DNA of 32,000 nucleotides from Pelagibacteraceae bacterium AG-422-D23 (GTDB lineage: Bacteria > Pseudomonadota > Alphaproteobacteria > Pelagibacterales > Pelagibacteraceae), in the NCBI GenBank assembly GCA_003213615.1, contig QCMQ01000001.1, positions 305,807-337,806 of the forward strand, given 5' to 3'. A program made the position numbers and the translations under genes. The notes under the pieces were generated by a model. It was not told the DNA's origin. It made no database searches and saw nothing but the letters and a program-made list of their open reading frames with translations. Of the stretch, positions 11,870 through 20,208 are shown piece after piece. How positions within the stretch are numbered: the first letter of the stretch is position 1; every line of letters starts with the position of its first letter.

Positions 11870-12707
11870 TTAAATTTATTTCTTCATTAATTAAATTATG
11901 ATCATGATTAATATTATCATCGTTTTTACTTATAAGTGATAACTTAATTAAGTCAAAAATAGATAAAAAAGTTTCAATAATTTTTTCAATATTTGAAACA
12001 TAAATTTTTCCTGACTTTTTATAATTTTCTATGCTCTGTTTATTTAAAATTTTATATCCTATTTTTCTATAAACTCTTCTTGCAACTAAAATAGAAAATC
12101 TGAAACTTAAAGGTATTTCTTTTATTGAGTAAAATGAGTTTTCATAAAACTTTTCTGAAAGCTTGATTGTAGTCTTTATGTCCTCAAAACTTTCATTGAT
12201 ATAAAATCTATTATTTTTTTTATCTTCCATAACATCCCTAGAAATATTTGTTAATTGCATAGCAATTCCAAGATCGATAGCTGATTTTAAAGATTGCTTT
12301 TTTTGAACATTCAATATTTTAGCCATCATTAATCCAACTGTTCCAGCCACCCTGTATGAATATATTAATAATTCTTTTTTTGAGTTAAGTTTAACATTTT
12401 CTTTAATATCAGAATTAATACCCTCAAATAAATCGTCAACAATTTTAGTGGATATACTAAATTCATTAATAAGATCCCACATGTTTTTAATCACTGGATC
12501 ATCGTAATTTTTGTTTACAAAATTCTTTTGAAATTTAATAAAATTATCTTTTTTTATTTCAATCTTGTTTTCATCATCAGCAATATTGTCTACTTCTCTA
12601 CAAAAATCATAAAGGGCGGAACATTTTTCATAGGTTTTTTTTGGTAAAAAAAAACCTGCCCAATTAAAAGATTTTGCGTAAATAGCTAAATAATTCTTTG
12701 TTAACAT
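11856..12707 (-). CDS. crtB: phytoene synthase
   Basis: 283 aa. Squalene/phytoene synthase Asp-rich motifs DFCREVDNIADDE and NISRDVMEDKKNNRFYI. Confidence 0.9.
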   Translation of the reverse strand: MLTKNYLAIYAKSFNWAGFFLPKKTYEKCSALYDFCREVDNIADDENKIEIKKDNFIKFQKNFVNKNYDDPVIKNMWDLINEFSISTKIVDDLFEGINSDIKENVKLNSKKELLIYSYRVAGTVGLMMAKILNVQKKQSLKSAIDLGIAMQLTNISRDVMEDKKNNRFYINESFEDIKTTIKLSEKFYENSFYSIKEIPLSFRFSILVARRVYRKIGYKILNKQSIENYKKSGKIYVSNIEKIIETFLSIFDLIKLSLISKNDDNINHDHNLINEEINLNERI

Positions 12708-14167
12708 TAAAATAATTTATCTAAAACCTTCGCTGAAGAGAGAACACCTGGAACGCCGGCCCCAGGATGTGTTCCTGCACCAACAAAGTACAAACCATCA
12801 TATATTTCAGATTTATTATGAAATCTAAAGTATGCGGATTGTGTAAATTTAGGTTGAATTGAAAACCCTGATCCAAATTTTGTATTTAATTCTTTTTCAA
12901 AATAATCAGGTGTTAGATAAAAATCCTCAACTATATTATTCTTAAGATCTGGCATTAAGTCTTTTTCCATTTTTTCCACTACAAGATTTTTCATTTTCTC
13001 ACCTTCAGTTTCCCAATTTATTTTTGACTGATTATTAGGAACAGGCACTAACACATAAAAACAATCATTTCCTTCTGGAGCCATAGTTTTATCGGTTGCT
13101 GTAGGTCTGTGAAGATAATAGCTAATATCATTATTTAATTTTTTTTTGTCAAATATGTCATCAAGATGTTCTTTATACTTGTCTCCAAACTTTATTGTAT
13201 GATGTTCAACATTCTCATAAATTTTTTTTGTTCCAAAATAGTAAACAAATAAACCCATAGAATATTCCATTCGATTTTTTTTCCAATTAAACAACATGGA
13301 ATTCTCGTTACTTTTGCTTAACATTTTTTCATAAAATGCAGGTGGATCTGCATTACAAACAACATTATCTGCACCAATTTCATTGTCATTATTTAATTTT
13401 ACACCACTTATTTTATTTTTTTTTGAAACAATTTCTGTAACTTCACTGTTTTTTATTATTTCAATACCAACCTCATTCATTAATTTTTCAAAACCTTTAA
13501 TTATATTTCCTGTTCCTCCAACTGAATAATGTATTCCCCATTTTTTTTCTAAATAAAGAATTAATCCATAAATAGAGGTGGTGGTAAAAGGATTTCCCCC
13601 AACTAGTAAAGGATGCATGCTAAGCATTCTTCTTAATTTTTCATTTTTTATATAAGATGAAACAAGTGAGTAAACTGATTTATAACTTTTAAGTTTTAAT
13701 AGGGCAGGCAATTGTTGCATCATTACGAAAGGTTTATCAAATGGTACATCTGCAAGTTCTAAAAAACCTTTATCAAATATTTTTTTTGTAAAATTAACTA
13801 ATTTTTCATATCCATTTACATCTTCTTTGCTAAGCTTCTCAATTTGGTCTTTCATCTCTATTTCGTCGCCTGAATAATTAAATTTAGTTTTGTCTTCAAA
13901 AATAAACTGGTACCAAATTTTAAGTGGAGTTAGTTCTATATAATTTTTTGGATCTTTATTGAATAACTCGAACAATTCATTAATTAAGTAGGGTGCAGTA
14001 ATTACTGTTGGTCCAGCATCATATATAAATCCGTTTTTCTTAAAAACTCTTGCTCTTCCACCTAGGTCTGGATGTTTTTCTATTAATTTTACGTTATGTC
14101 CTTTTGCCTTAAGTCTTAGCGCTGCTGCAATCCCACCAAATCCTGATCCAATGACTATAGAGTTCAT
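12707..14167 (-). CDS. crtI: phytoene desaturase
   Basis: 486 aa. N-terminal IVIGSGFGGIAAALRL...EKHPDLGGRA and C-terminal LYFVGAGTHPGAGVPGVLSSAK are typical of CrtI. Confidence 0.93.
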   Translation of the reverse strand: MNSIVIGSGFGGIAAALRLKAKGHNVKLIEKHPDLGGRARVFKKNGFIYDAGPTVITAPYLINELFELFNKDPKNYIELTPLKIWYQFIFEDKTKFNYSGDEIEMKDQIEKLSKEDVNGYEKLVNFTKKIFDKGFLELADVPFDKPFVMMQQLPALLKLKSYKSVYSLVSSYIKNEKLRRMLSMHPLLVGGNPFTTTSIYGLILYLEKKWGIHYSVGGTGNIIKGFEKLMNEVGIEIIKNSEVTEIVSKKNKISGVKLNNDNEIGADNVVCNADPPAFYEKMLSKSNENSMLFNWKKNRMEYSMGLFVYYFGTKKIYENVEHHTIKFGDKYKEHLDDIFDKKKLNNDISYYLHRPTATDKTMAPEGNDCFYVLVPVPNNQSKINWETEGEKMKNLVVEKMEKDLMPDLKNNIVEDFYLTPDYFEKELNTKFGSGFSIQPKFTQSAYFRFHNKSEIYDGLYFVGAGTHPGAGVPGVLSSAKVLDKLF

Positions 14168-14206
14168 TTTAATAATTTATAGCTTTTTTGAAAAATTGTA
14201 AGTGTA

Positions 14207-14704
14207 TTATGAGTTAATTTTTTTTAACTCTGCTTTAGTTTCATCTAAATTCTTTTGAAACACAGCATCTAATTTTGACTTGTCTACAGATGTAGTTATT
14301 ATTTTTTTAACTGAGTCCACGGCAATCTTTATTGATGCGTCCTTAATTTCTTTTAAAGCTGCTTCTTTCATCTGACTTATTTTATTTTCAGCTAAATTTT
14401 TTTTAATTTCTGATGATTTATGAAACTTATCATTCATCTCAATTATTAATCTATCCGCATCTTTTTTGGCGTTCTCAAGAATTTCGTTGCTAACAGACTG
14501 AGCTGTATCTAATTTTTTTTGTGAGTTATCTAATAGTGTTTTTGCCTCGGTTCTTAATTTTTCACTTTCATCAATTTCATTTTTAATGTCAGATATCATT
14601 TTATCTAACATTTCAGAAATTTTTTGAGGAATTTTAAGGTAAATTAACGCTCCAAAAAAAATAATAAATGATACGGCTACCCAAAATGTTGCATCAATTG
14701 CCAT
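14207..14704 (-). CDS. atpF: ATP synthase F0 subunit b
   Basis: Single N-terminal TM helix (MAIDATFWVAVSFIIFFGALIYL) followed by a long charged helix. I prefer the ATG at 14704 over the TTG at 14743 in the track, because a GGAG lies 9 nt upstream of it. Confidence 0.85.
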   Translation of the reverse strand: MAIDATFWVAVSFIIFFGALIYLKIPQKISEMLDKMISDIKNEIDESEKLRTEAKTLLDNSQKKLDTAQSVSNEILENAKKDADRLIIEMNDKFHKSSEIKKNLAENKISQMKEAALKEIKDASIKIAVDSVKKIITTSVDKSKLDAVFQKNLDETKAELKKINS

Positions 14705-15284
14705 AGTATTTATCTCCATTTCTTTTAGATAGATCGTCAACAATTGCAGATATACTACTATTATTTACTTCTGCTCCAATTAGTTTTTGCAATAACTCAG
14801 ATGAAGTATCAATAGCAATTTTATTTATTTTATCTGGCGCATTTTTTCTTAATGCATCTATTTCTTTTTCAGCCTCAGCAATTTCATTATCAATTTGCTT
14901 ATCAAGCACTTCTCTTTTTGCACCAATGTCTTTTAGTGCTTTTTCTCTTGCTTGATTGAAAATACTATTAGCCTCAAGTTTGCTTTTAGATACAATTTCA
15001 TCATATTCTTTTAGTTTTGCATCACTATCTTCTCTTTGTTTCTCAGCAGCCTCAATATTTTCTAATATTTGAGATTTTCTCGATTCCAAGTTGTTACTAA
15101 TTTTTGGTAGTATTAGTTTAGATAAAACTAAATACATAGCACCAAAAGTAAGTATTAGCCAAAAAATTTGAGAAACCCAAAACTCTGGATTTAATTGAGG
15201 CATACCTCCGCTTTCAGCTGCAAAAGCTTCTTTAATAAAAAAGAAGCTAAAAAATATTGACTGAAAATATATTTTTTTAACCAT
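14694..15284 (-). CDS. atpF2: ATP synthase F0 subunit b-prime
   Basis: Contains GMPQLNPEFWVSQIFWLILTFGAMYLVL, the b-prime signature of alphaproteobacteria, then a charged helix. The ATG at 15284 is preferred over the TTG at 15299, which would overlap atpE. Confidence 0.85.
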   Translation of the reverse strand: MVKKIYFQSIFFSFFFIKEAFAAESGGMPQLNPEFWVSQIFWLILTFGAMYLVLSKLILPKISNNLESRKSQILENIEAAEKQREDSDAKLKEYDEIVSKSKLEANSIFNQAREKALKDIGAKREVLDKQIDNEIAEAEKEIDALRKNAPDKINKIAIDTSSELLQKLIGAEVNNSSISAIVDDLSKRNGDKYYGN

Positions 15285-15288
15285 CAAT

Positions 15289-15516
15289 TTAAAACGCAAA
15301 GAGAATGATTAACGCAACTACCAATCCGAATAATCCTGTAGCTTCTGCAAGTGCAAAACCTAAAAGCAAGTTAGGAAATTGTTTTTGTGCTGCAGATGGA
15401 TTTCTCATTGCACCAGACAAATAATTTCCAAAAATTATTCCAATACCAACACCGGCTCCAGCTAAAGCAATTGCTGCTAAACCTGCTCCGATCATTTTTG
15501 CTGCTTCTAATTCCAT
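15289..15516 (-). CDS. atpE: ATP synthase F0 subunit c
   Basis: 75-aa hairpin proteolipid: GAGLAAIALAGAGVGIG, the RNP loop, and the carboxylate in FALAEATGLF. Confidence 0.95.
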   Translation of the reverse strand: MELEAAKMIGAGLAAIALAGAGVGIGIIFGNYLSGAMRNPSAAQKQFPNLLLGFALAEATGLFGLVVALIILFAF

Positions 15517-15520
15517 TATA

Positions 15521-15526
15521 TCCTCC
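15521..15526 (-). promoter_or_regulatory. strong Shine-Dalgarno (GGAGGA) for atpE
   Basis: The minus strand reads AGAGGAGGATATAATG. It is the only full-consensus SD I saw in front of any gene in this window. Confidence 0.6.
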
Positions 15527-15533
15527 TCTGTTA

Positions 15534-16268
15534 TTAATGGTGTAAATTTAATGCATCATTTAAATAGATGCAGGTTAAGATTGCAAAAACATAAGCTTGA
15601 AGAAAAGCAACTAAGATCTCCAAACCAGTTAACGCAACCGAAAAACTTAGTGGAAGCCACCCACCAACTATTCCAAGGCTAATTACAAAGCCTCCGAAAA
15701 CTTTCATCATTGTATGACCAGCCATCATATTGGCAAATAATCTAACTGATAAACTTATAGGTCTACTTAAATAAGAAATAATTTCTATAACAACAATTAA
15801 AGGGAGTAAGACTGCAGGCACTCCACTTGGAACAAATAATTTTAAATACCCAAATCCATGTTTAATAAACCCAATTACAGTCACTCCAATAAATATAAAT
15901 GCTGCGAGCACAAATGTTACAATGATATGACTGGTTACAGTGAAAGTATAAGGTATCATTCCAAACATGTTACAAAATAATACAAACATGAATAGAGAAA
16001 ATATAAATGCAAAGTATGGTTTAGCTTTTGATCCAGCTGTATCGCTAATCATTTTGGATACAAAGGTATAGCTAAGTTCTGCTAATAATTGAATTTTGTT
16101 TGGTAGTAATGAATTTTTTTTTGATCCTAAATTAAAGATTAACAAAATAGATACAGTACTTAAAATCATAAACAAACTTGCGTTCGTAAACGATATGTCG
16201 AATGCTCCAACTTTAATTTCTGGTCCAATTCTATAAACATCGAATTGGGACATAGGATTTGCTGCCAT
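15534..16268 (-). CDS. atpB: ATP synthase F0 subunit a
   Basis: 244-aa polytopic protein. The essential Arg lies in the context LSVRLFANMMAGH. Confidence 0.93.
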   Translation of the reverse strand: MAANPMSQFDVYRIGPEIKVGAFDISFTNASLFMILSTVSILLIFNLGSKKNSLLPNKIQLLAELSYTFVSKMISDTAGSKAKPYFAFIFSLFMFVLFCNMFGMIPYTFTVTSHIIVTFVLAAFIFIGVTVIGFIKHGFGYLKLFVPSGVPAVLLPLIVVIEIISYLSRPISLSVRLFANMMAGHTMMKVFGGFVISLGIVGGWLPLSFSVALTGLEILVAFLQAYVFAILTCIYLNDALNLHH

Positions 16269-16277
16269 AATACTTAT

Positions 16278-16553
16278 TTATTTTTGCATTTTTTTTGCAG
16301 ATCTAATCACATTGGTTATTCCAGCAACTACACCAACAAAAAAAAATATTAATATAAACCAGGGTTTAGTACCAAAGGTCTTGTCAAAAATAAACCCAAT
16401 AATTGTTCCCACGGCCACCGCTGAGACAAGTTCAGTGCTCAATTTGAATGCAGTTCCTATAGGTGAGGGGTCATTCTTCTTATTGTAGAGATTTTTCTTT
16501 GAAATCTTGCTTTTTGCAATCTCTAAGCGAGTTTTGAAAGGGTCTTTTGGCAT
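16278..16553 (-). CDS. atpI: ATP synthase protein I (AtpI/AtpZ family) small membrane protein
   Basis: 91 aa with two TM helices. It sits immediately upstream of atpB, as in alphaproteobacterial F0 operons. The call rests on position and topology. Confidence 0.7.
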   Translation of the reverse strand: MPKDPFKTRLEIAKSKISKKNLYNKKNDPSPIGTAFKLSTELVSAVAVGTIIGFIFDKTFGTKPWFILIFFFVGVVAGITNVIRSAKKMQK

Positions 16554-16562
16554 TTATATTGT

Positions 16563-19136
16563 TTAAGCAACCATACTCTCTGCTTTTTGTAAATCAACAG
16601 CCACAAGCTGACTAATTCCTTTTTGAGGCATAGTTACCCCATATAGTCTGTTCATTTTTGACATGGTTAAAGCATGATGAGTTACAATTATGAATTTGGT
16701 GTTGGTAATTTTAATTAGTTCCTCAAGTAAACTACAAAATCTTGTTACGTTAGCATCGTCAAGCGGTGCATCAACCTCGTCCAATACACATATAGGTGAA
16801 GGGTTTGTCAAAAATACTGCAAAGATTAATGAGAGTGCAGTCAATGCTTGCTCACCTCCAGATAATAAAGTTATAGATTGAAGTCTTTTTCCTGGAGGAC
16901 TAACCAACATTTCTAAACCTGCTTCAAGTGGATCATCAGAGTCCACCAATTCTAATTTGGCATTTCCACCATTGAAAAGTTTTGTATAAACCTCATTAAA
17001 TTTTCTATTAACTTTTTCAAAAGCTTCAATCAATCTTTCTCTTCCTTTTTGATTAAGTTCATTTATGCTATCTTTCAGTTTCACGATAGCAGTAACAAGG
17101 TCAGCACGATCCTGTTCCATTTTTTTTATCTCTTCTTCATATTTACTTGTTTCTTCATCTGCTTTTAAATTTACAGATCCTAATTTTTCTCTTTCTTGTT
17201 TTTTCTTGTCCAAAGCATCTTCTTGATCAACTGGATTTGGAAGCTCTTCTACTCCGTTTAAATTTGAATTTTCTAAAATATTATCTTCATTCAAATTTAA
17301 CTCAGAACTAATTCTATCAAGGAGATCATTTTTTCTTTTTTGCAGGCCTTCAATTGTAGCTCCTGAGCTTGCTTTTCTTTCTCTGATTTGAATTGATTGT
17401 TCTTGAATTTCATTTAATTGTGTTCTTAACGTTTCAATTTTTTGATCTGTTTCATCTATAATCGCTTCATTATCAATTTTTTCTTTATCTGAAATTCTTA
17501 AATTTTCTGAAATTTGACCTTTTCTCTCTGCCTGTGCTCTAGGTTGGTTTTCTAAATCACTTAATTGTTTTGATAATTTTTCTTTTCTTTGTGTTAGTTC
17601 ATTAACCATTTTTTCTGAGTTAGTTAATAAATTTTTCCAACTTTCAATTTCTGTTTCAATGGTTTTAATTCTTTCATTTCTTTTTATAGACTCATTTTTA
17701 ATTGATTGATTTTTACTATATGCATCGGCATATTTTTCTTGGAGTAATTTTATCTTTTCTGATTTTTCGCTAACTCCTAATAACTCACTTCTAGATCTCT
17801 CATTTTTTAAATCATTTAAAAAACTATCTAGCTCCATATTACATCTATCTAGAAGTGTTACTGCTTGATTTATTTCATTACTATCTATTAATTCTTTTAC
17901 CCTTGATATAGTGTTTTTTACATTTTTTATTGGACCAACACTTATATTTACAGTTTCTTCTGCTAAACTGTTTACAACTTCATCAACAGCTTTTTGTTCT
18001 TCTTTAAGTTTATTTTTCGCACTTTCTAACTCTTCATTAGATAATTTTTCTGTTTCAAAATACTTCGAGTCTGTCTCAATTAATTCAGTTTTTTCTTCCT
18101 TCAATCTTTTTTCATTTGAGTTAGCGTCAATGATTATTCCTTTTTCTCTCGTGATATCATCATCAAGTGTTTGAATTGATTTTTTGATGCTTTCTATCTC
18201 ATCTTGAATTCTTGTATTTTCCTCATCTAAACTTTGAAGTTCTAAATTAAGTCTTTGTATTCTTGATAAATTTTCAATATTTTTCTCTCTTAATGGGTTT
18301 ACTTTATCTGTAAAAGTTTTAATTGAGTTTTCTAATTCAGATATTTTGTTATTAAATCCTTCTACTTCTCCTTCTGCTTCAGTATTAATTTCATTTTCTA
18401 TTCTAATTTCTTTGTCTATTTCTAATAATTTTAAATAATATAAACCTGCTTCAATTTTTTTAATTTGATCTGAAATTAGTTTGTATTTTGTTGCCTCTTC
18501 AGCTTGTTTTTGAAGATTTGCTAATTGTTTTTCTTGCTGTCTTCTTAATTCATCTGCTCTTTTTAAATTATTCTCAGCCGCACCTAATCTTAATTCAGCC
18601 TCATGTCTTCTAACGTGTAAACCAGATATTCCTGCAGCTTCTTCTAAAATAGCCCTTCTATCTGTTGGTTTTGCAGTTACTAATGCACCTATTCTTCCTT
18701 GACTAATCATAGATGGAGAGTGTGCACCGGTCGAAAGATCTGCAAAAAACATTTGCGCATCTCTTGCTCTTACTTCCTTATCATTAATATAAAATTTAGA
18801 TCCTTTATCTTTTTCTATTTTTCTTCTAACTTGTATTTGCTCTACTTCACGGTATTGGATAGGGCCTTCTTTATCTTTGTTTTCAACTTCGATTGATACT
18901 TCTGCAATATTTTTTGATGCTTTGTTAGATGTCCCTGAAAATATAACATCCTCCATACCAGATCCACGCATACTTTTTGCTGAGGTCTCTCCCATTACCC
19001 ATCTTAAAGATTCTACAATGTTAGATTTGCCACAGCCGTTAGGACCCACTATACCTGTGAGACCATCTTCAATTAAGAAGTTGGTTTTTTCTGCAAAAGA
19101 TTTAAATCCATTTAATTGGATTTTTTTAAACTCCAT
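16563..19136 (-). CDS. smc: SMC-family chromosome segregation ATPase (unusually short, 857 aa)
   Basis: N-terminal head: FKSFAEKT, Walker A GPNGCGKSN. C-terminal head: signature LSGGEQALTALSL, Walker B ICVLDEVDAPLDD, D-loop, FIIVTHH. The centre is long Lys/Glu-rich coiled coil. Confidence 0.9.
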   Translation of the reverse strand: MEFKKIQLNGFKSFAEKTNFLIEDGLTGIVGPNGCGKSNIVESLRWVMGETSAKSMRGSGMEDVIFSGTSNKASKNIAEVSIEVENKDKEGPIQYREVEQIQVRRKIEKDKGSKFYINDKEVRARDAQMFFADLSTGAHSPSMISQGRIGALVTAKPTDRRAILEEAAGISGLHVRRHEAELRLGAAENNLKRADELRRQQEKQLANLQKQAEEATKYKLISDQIKKIEAGLYYLKLLEIDKEIRIENEINTEAEGEVEGFNNKISELENSIKTFTDKVNPLREKNIENLSRIQRLNLELQSLDEENTRIQDEIESIKKSIQTLDDDITREKGIIIDANSNEKRLKEEKTELIETDSKYFETEKLSNEELESAKNKLKEEQKAVDEVVNSLAEETVNISVGPIKNVKNTISRVKELIDSNEINQAVTLLDRCNMELDSFLNDLKNERSRSELLGVSEKSEKIKLLQEKYADAYSKNQSIKNESIKRNERIKTIETEIESWKNLLTNSEKMVNELTQRKEKLSKQLSDLENQPRAQAERKGQISENLRISDKEKIDNEAIIDETDQKIETLRTQLNEIQEQSIQIRERKASSGATIEGLQKRKNDLLDRISSELNLNEDNILENSNLNGVEELPNPVDQEDALDKKKQEREKLGSVNLKADEETSKYEEEIKKMEQDRADLVTAIVKLKDSINELNQKGRERLIEAFEKVNRKFNEVYTKLFNGGNAKLELVDSDDPLEAGLEMLVSPPGKRLQSITLLSGGEQALTALSLIFAVFLTNPSPICVLDEVDAPLDDANVTRFCSLLEELIKITNTKFIIVTHHALTMSKMNRLYGVTMPQKGISQLVAVDLQKAESMVA

Positions 19137-19144
19137 GCACTAAC

Positions 19145-19723
19145 TTATATCAGTTTTTCTAATGCTTTTTTCAAATTTTTATAAGTTAGAGCTTTTTCAA
19201 ATTTTTTGTTGTTGATAATAATCGTAGGAGTTGAGCTCACTTTGAAGTTTTTAGTACCATCGATTCGATCATTTAAAACAAAATCCTCAATTTCTTTGTT
19301 GTTTACACAAGAATCGAAATCAATACTAAAACCTTCATTTTTCAAAAATTTTTGGAGATTTTTATTTGCCTCCTGTATTGAACTTCCTTTGACCCATTTC
19401 TGTTGATTTGCGTATAAGCTTTCCAAAATATCAGAGCTTCCATCATTTTTACATTGCGCAACTTTTGATGCATTGAAGGCCGCAATATCCAATGGAAAAT
19501 GTCTAAATTCAATTTTAGCGATTCCAGTATCAAGAAATTCTTTTTTAAGTTCAGGGAAAACATTTTTGTGAAAATTAGCACAATGACTACAAGTCAATGA
19601 CTCAAAAGCTATAATAGTTATTTTTGCATCTTTGTTACCAACAGTTATCCTTTTAATTTCCTCCGCCTGCACATTTAAGACTGTAGTAAAAAATATTAAT
19701 ATTAAGAATATAATTTTTTTCAT
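19145..19723 (-). CDS. periplasmic thiol:disulfide oxidoreductase, DsbA family
   Basis: 192 aa with a signal peptide (MKKIIFLILIFFTTVLNVQA) and the thioredoxin-fold active site CSHC. A cis-Pro region lies near the C-terminus (SSTPTIII). Confidence 0.8.
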   Translation of the reverse strand: MKKIIFLILIFFTTVLNVQAEEIKRITVGNKDAKITIIAFESLTCSHCANFHKNVFPELKKEFLDTGIAKIEFRHFPLDIAAFNASKVAQCKNDGSSDILESLYANQQKWVKGSSIQEANKNLQKFLKNEGFSIDFDSCVNNKEIEDFVLNDRIDGTKNFKVSSTPTIIINNKKFEKALTYKNLKKALEKLI

Positions 19724-20208
19724 TTCTCTCTAAAAACCTTAGTTAACTCTGTTAATGATTTTTTAATTTTTTCGTTTTTAACATCTTTAATTTTATCTTG
19801 ATATTTACTAATTGCCACATTTTTAACTTTTGTTTCACCCGAGCCTGTCATTTCATGTTCATCATCAAAACTTATAAATTTAAGCTTTTCAACAACAGAA
19901 TATCCAAAAAAATTATTCATTTTATCTAAAATATCTTTTTTCGAATATTCTACGTCAACTTCATGTCCTCGCTTGACCATAACCATTAAGGTACTAACAC
20001 CAAATTTATTTGAATTTTTAAATGTTTTTGGATAGCAAATTTTAAATAATTCGCTTCCAACTAAATATTTCCAATTGCTCAGCGTTTCTGAATATACATG
20101 ACCTTTTTTATTTATTATTTTTTTGACATTTTTTGGCAAAGTGTCTTTGAAAGATCTTAATCCTTGAATGCTAGCGTTTCTCTGCTTAGTATTATTTTTA
20201 GATTGCAT
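19720..20208 (-). CDS. DUF721 / DciA-like protein (candidate replicative helicase operator)
   Basis: 162 aa. DUF721-like core NWKYLVGSELFKICYPKTF...STLMVMVKRGHEVDVEYSKKDILDKMNNFFGYSVVEKLKF. It lies divergent from mutY and upstream of dsbA-smc, a neighbourhood I recall as conserved in alphaproteobacteria. The match was judged by eye only. Confidence 0.55.
   Translation of the reverse strand: MQSKNNTKQRNASIQGLRSFKDTLPKNVKKIINKKGHVYSETLSNWKYLVGSELFKICYPKTFKNSNKFGVSTLMVMVKRGHEVDVEYSKKDILDKMNNFFGYSVVEKLKFISFDDEHEMTGSGETKVKNVAISKYQDKIKDVKNEKIKKSLTELTKVFREK

Noticed and set aside
14168-14206. Weak AT palindrome (CTTTTTTGAAAAA) between atpF and crtI as a possible terminator.
   Set aside because: The stem would be A:T only and very short, with no flanking U-tract. 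It is not credible as an intrinsic terminator.
14705-14743. N-terminal extensions in the ORF track that begin at TTG codons: atpF 14743, atpF' 15299, mutY 20164 and greA 29207.
   Set aside because: In each case a downstream ATG gives an N-terminus matching the family norm and removes an overlap with the upstream gene. The TTG starts are artefacts of longest-ORF calling. SURF1 (TTG) and petA (GTG) were kept because no ATG alternative exists.
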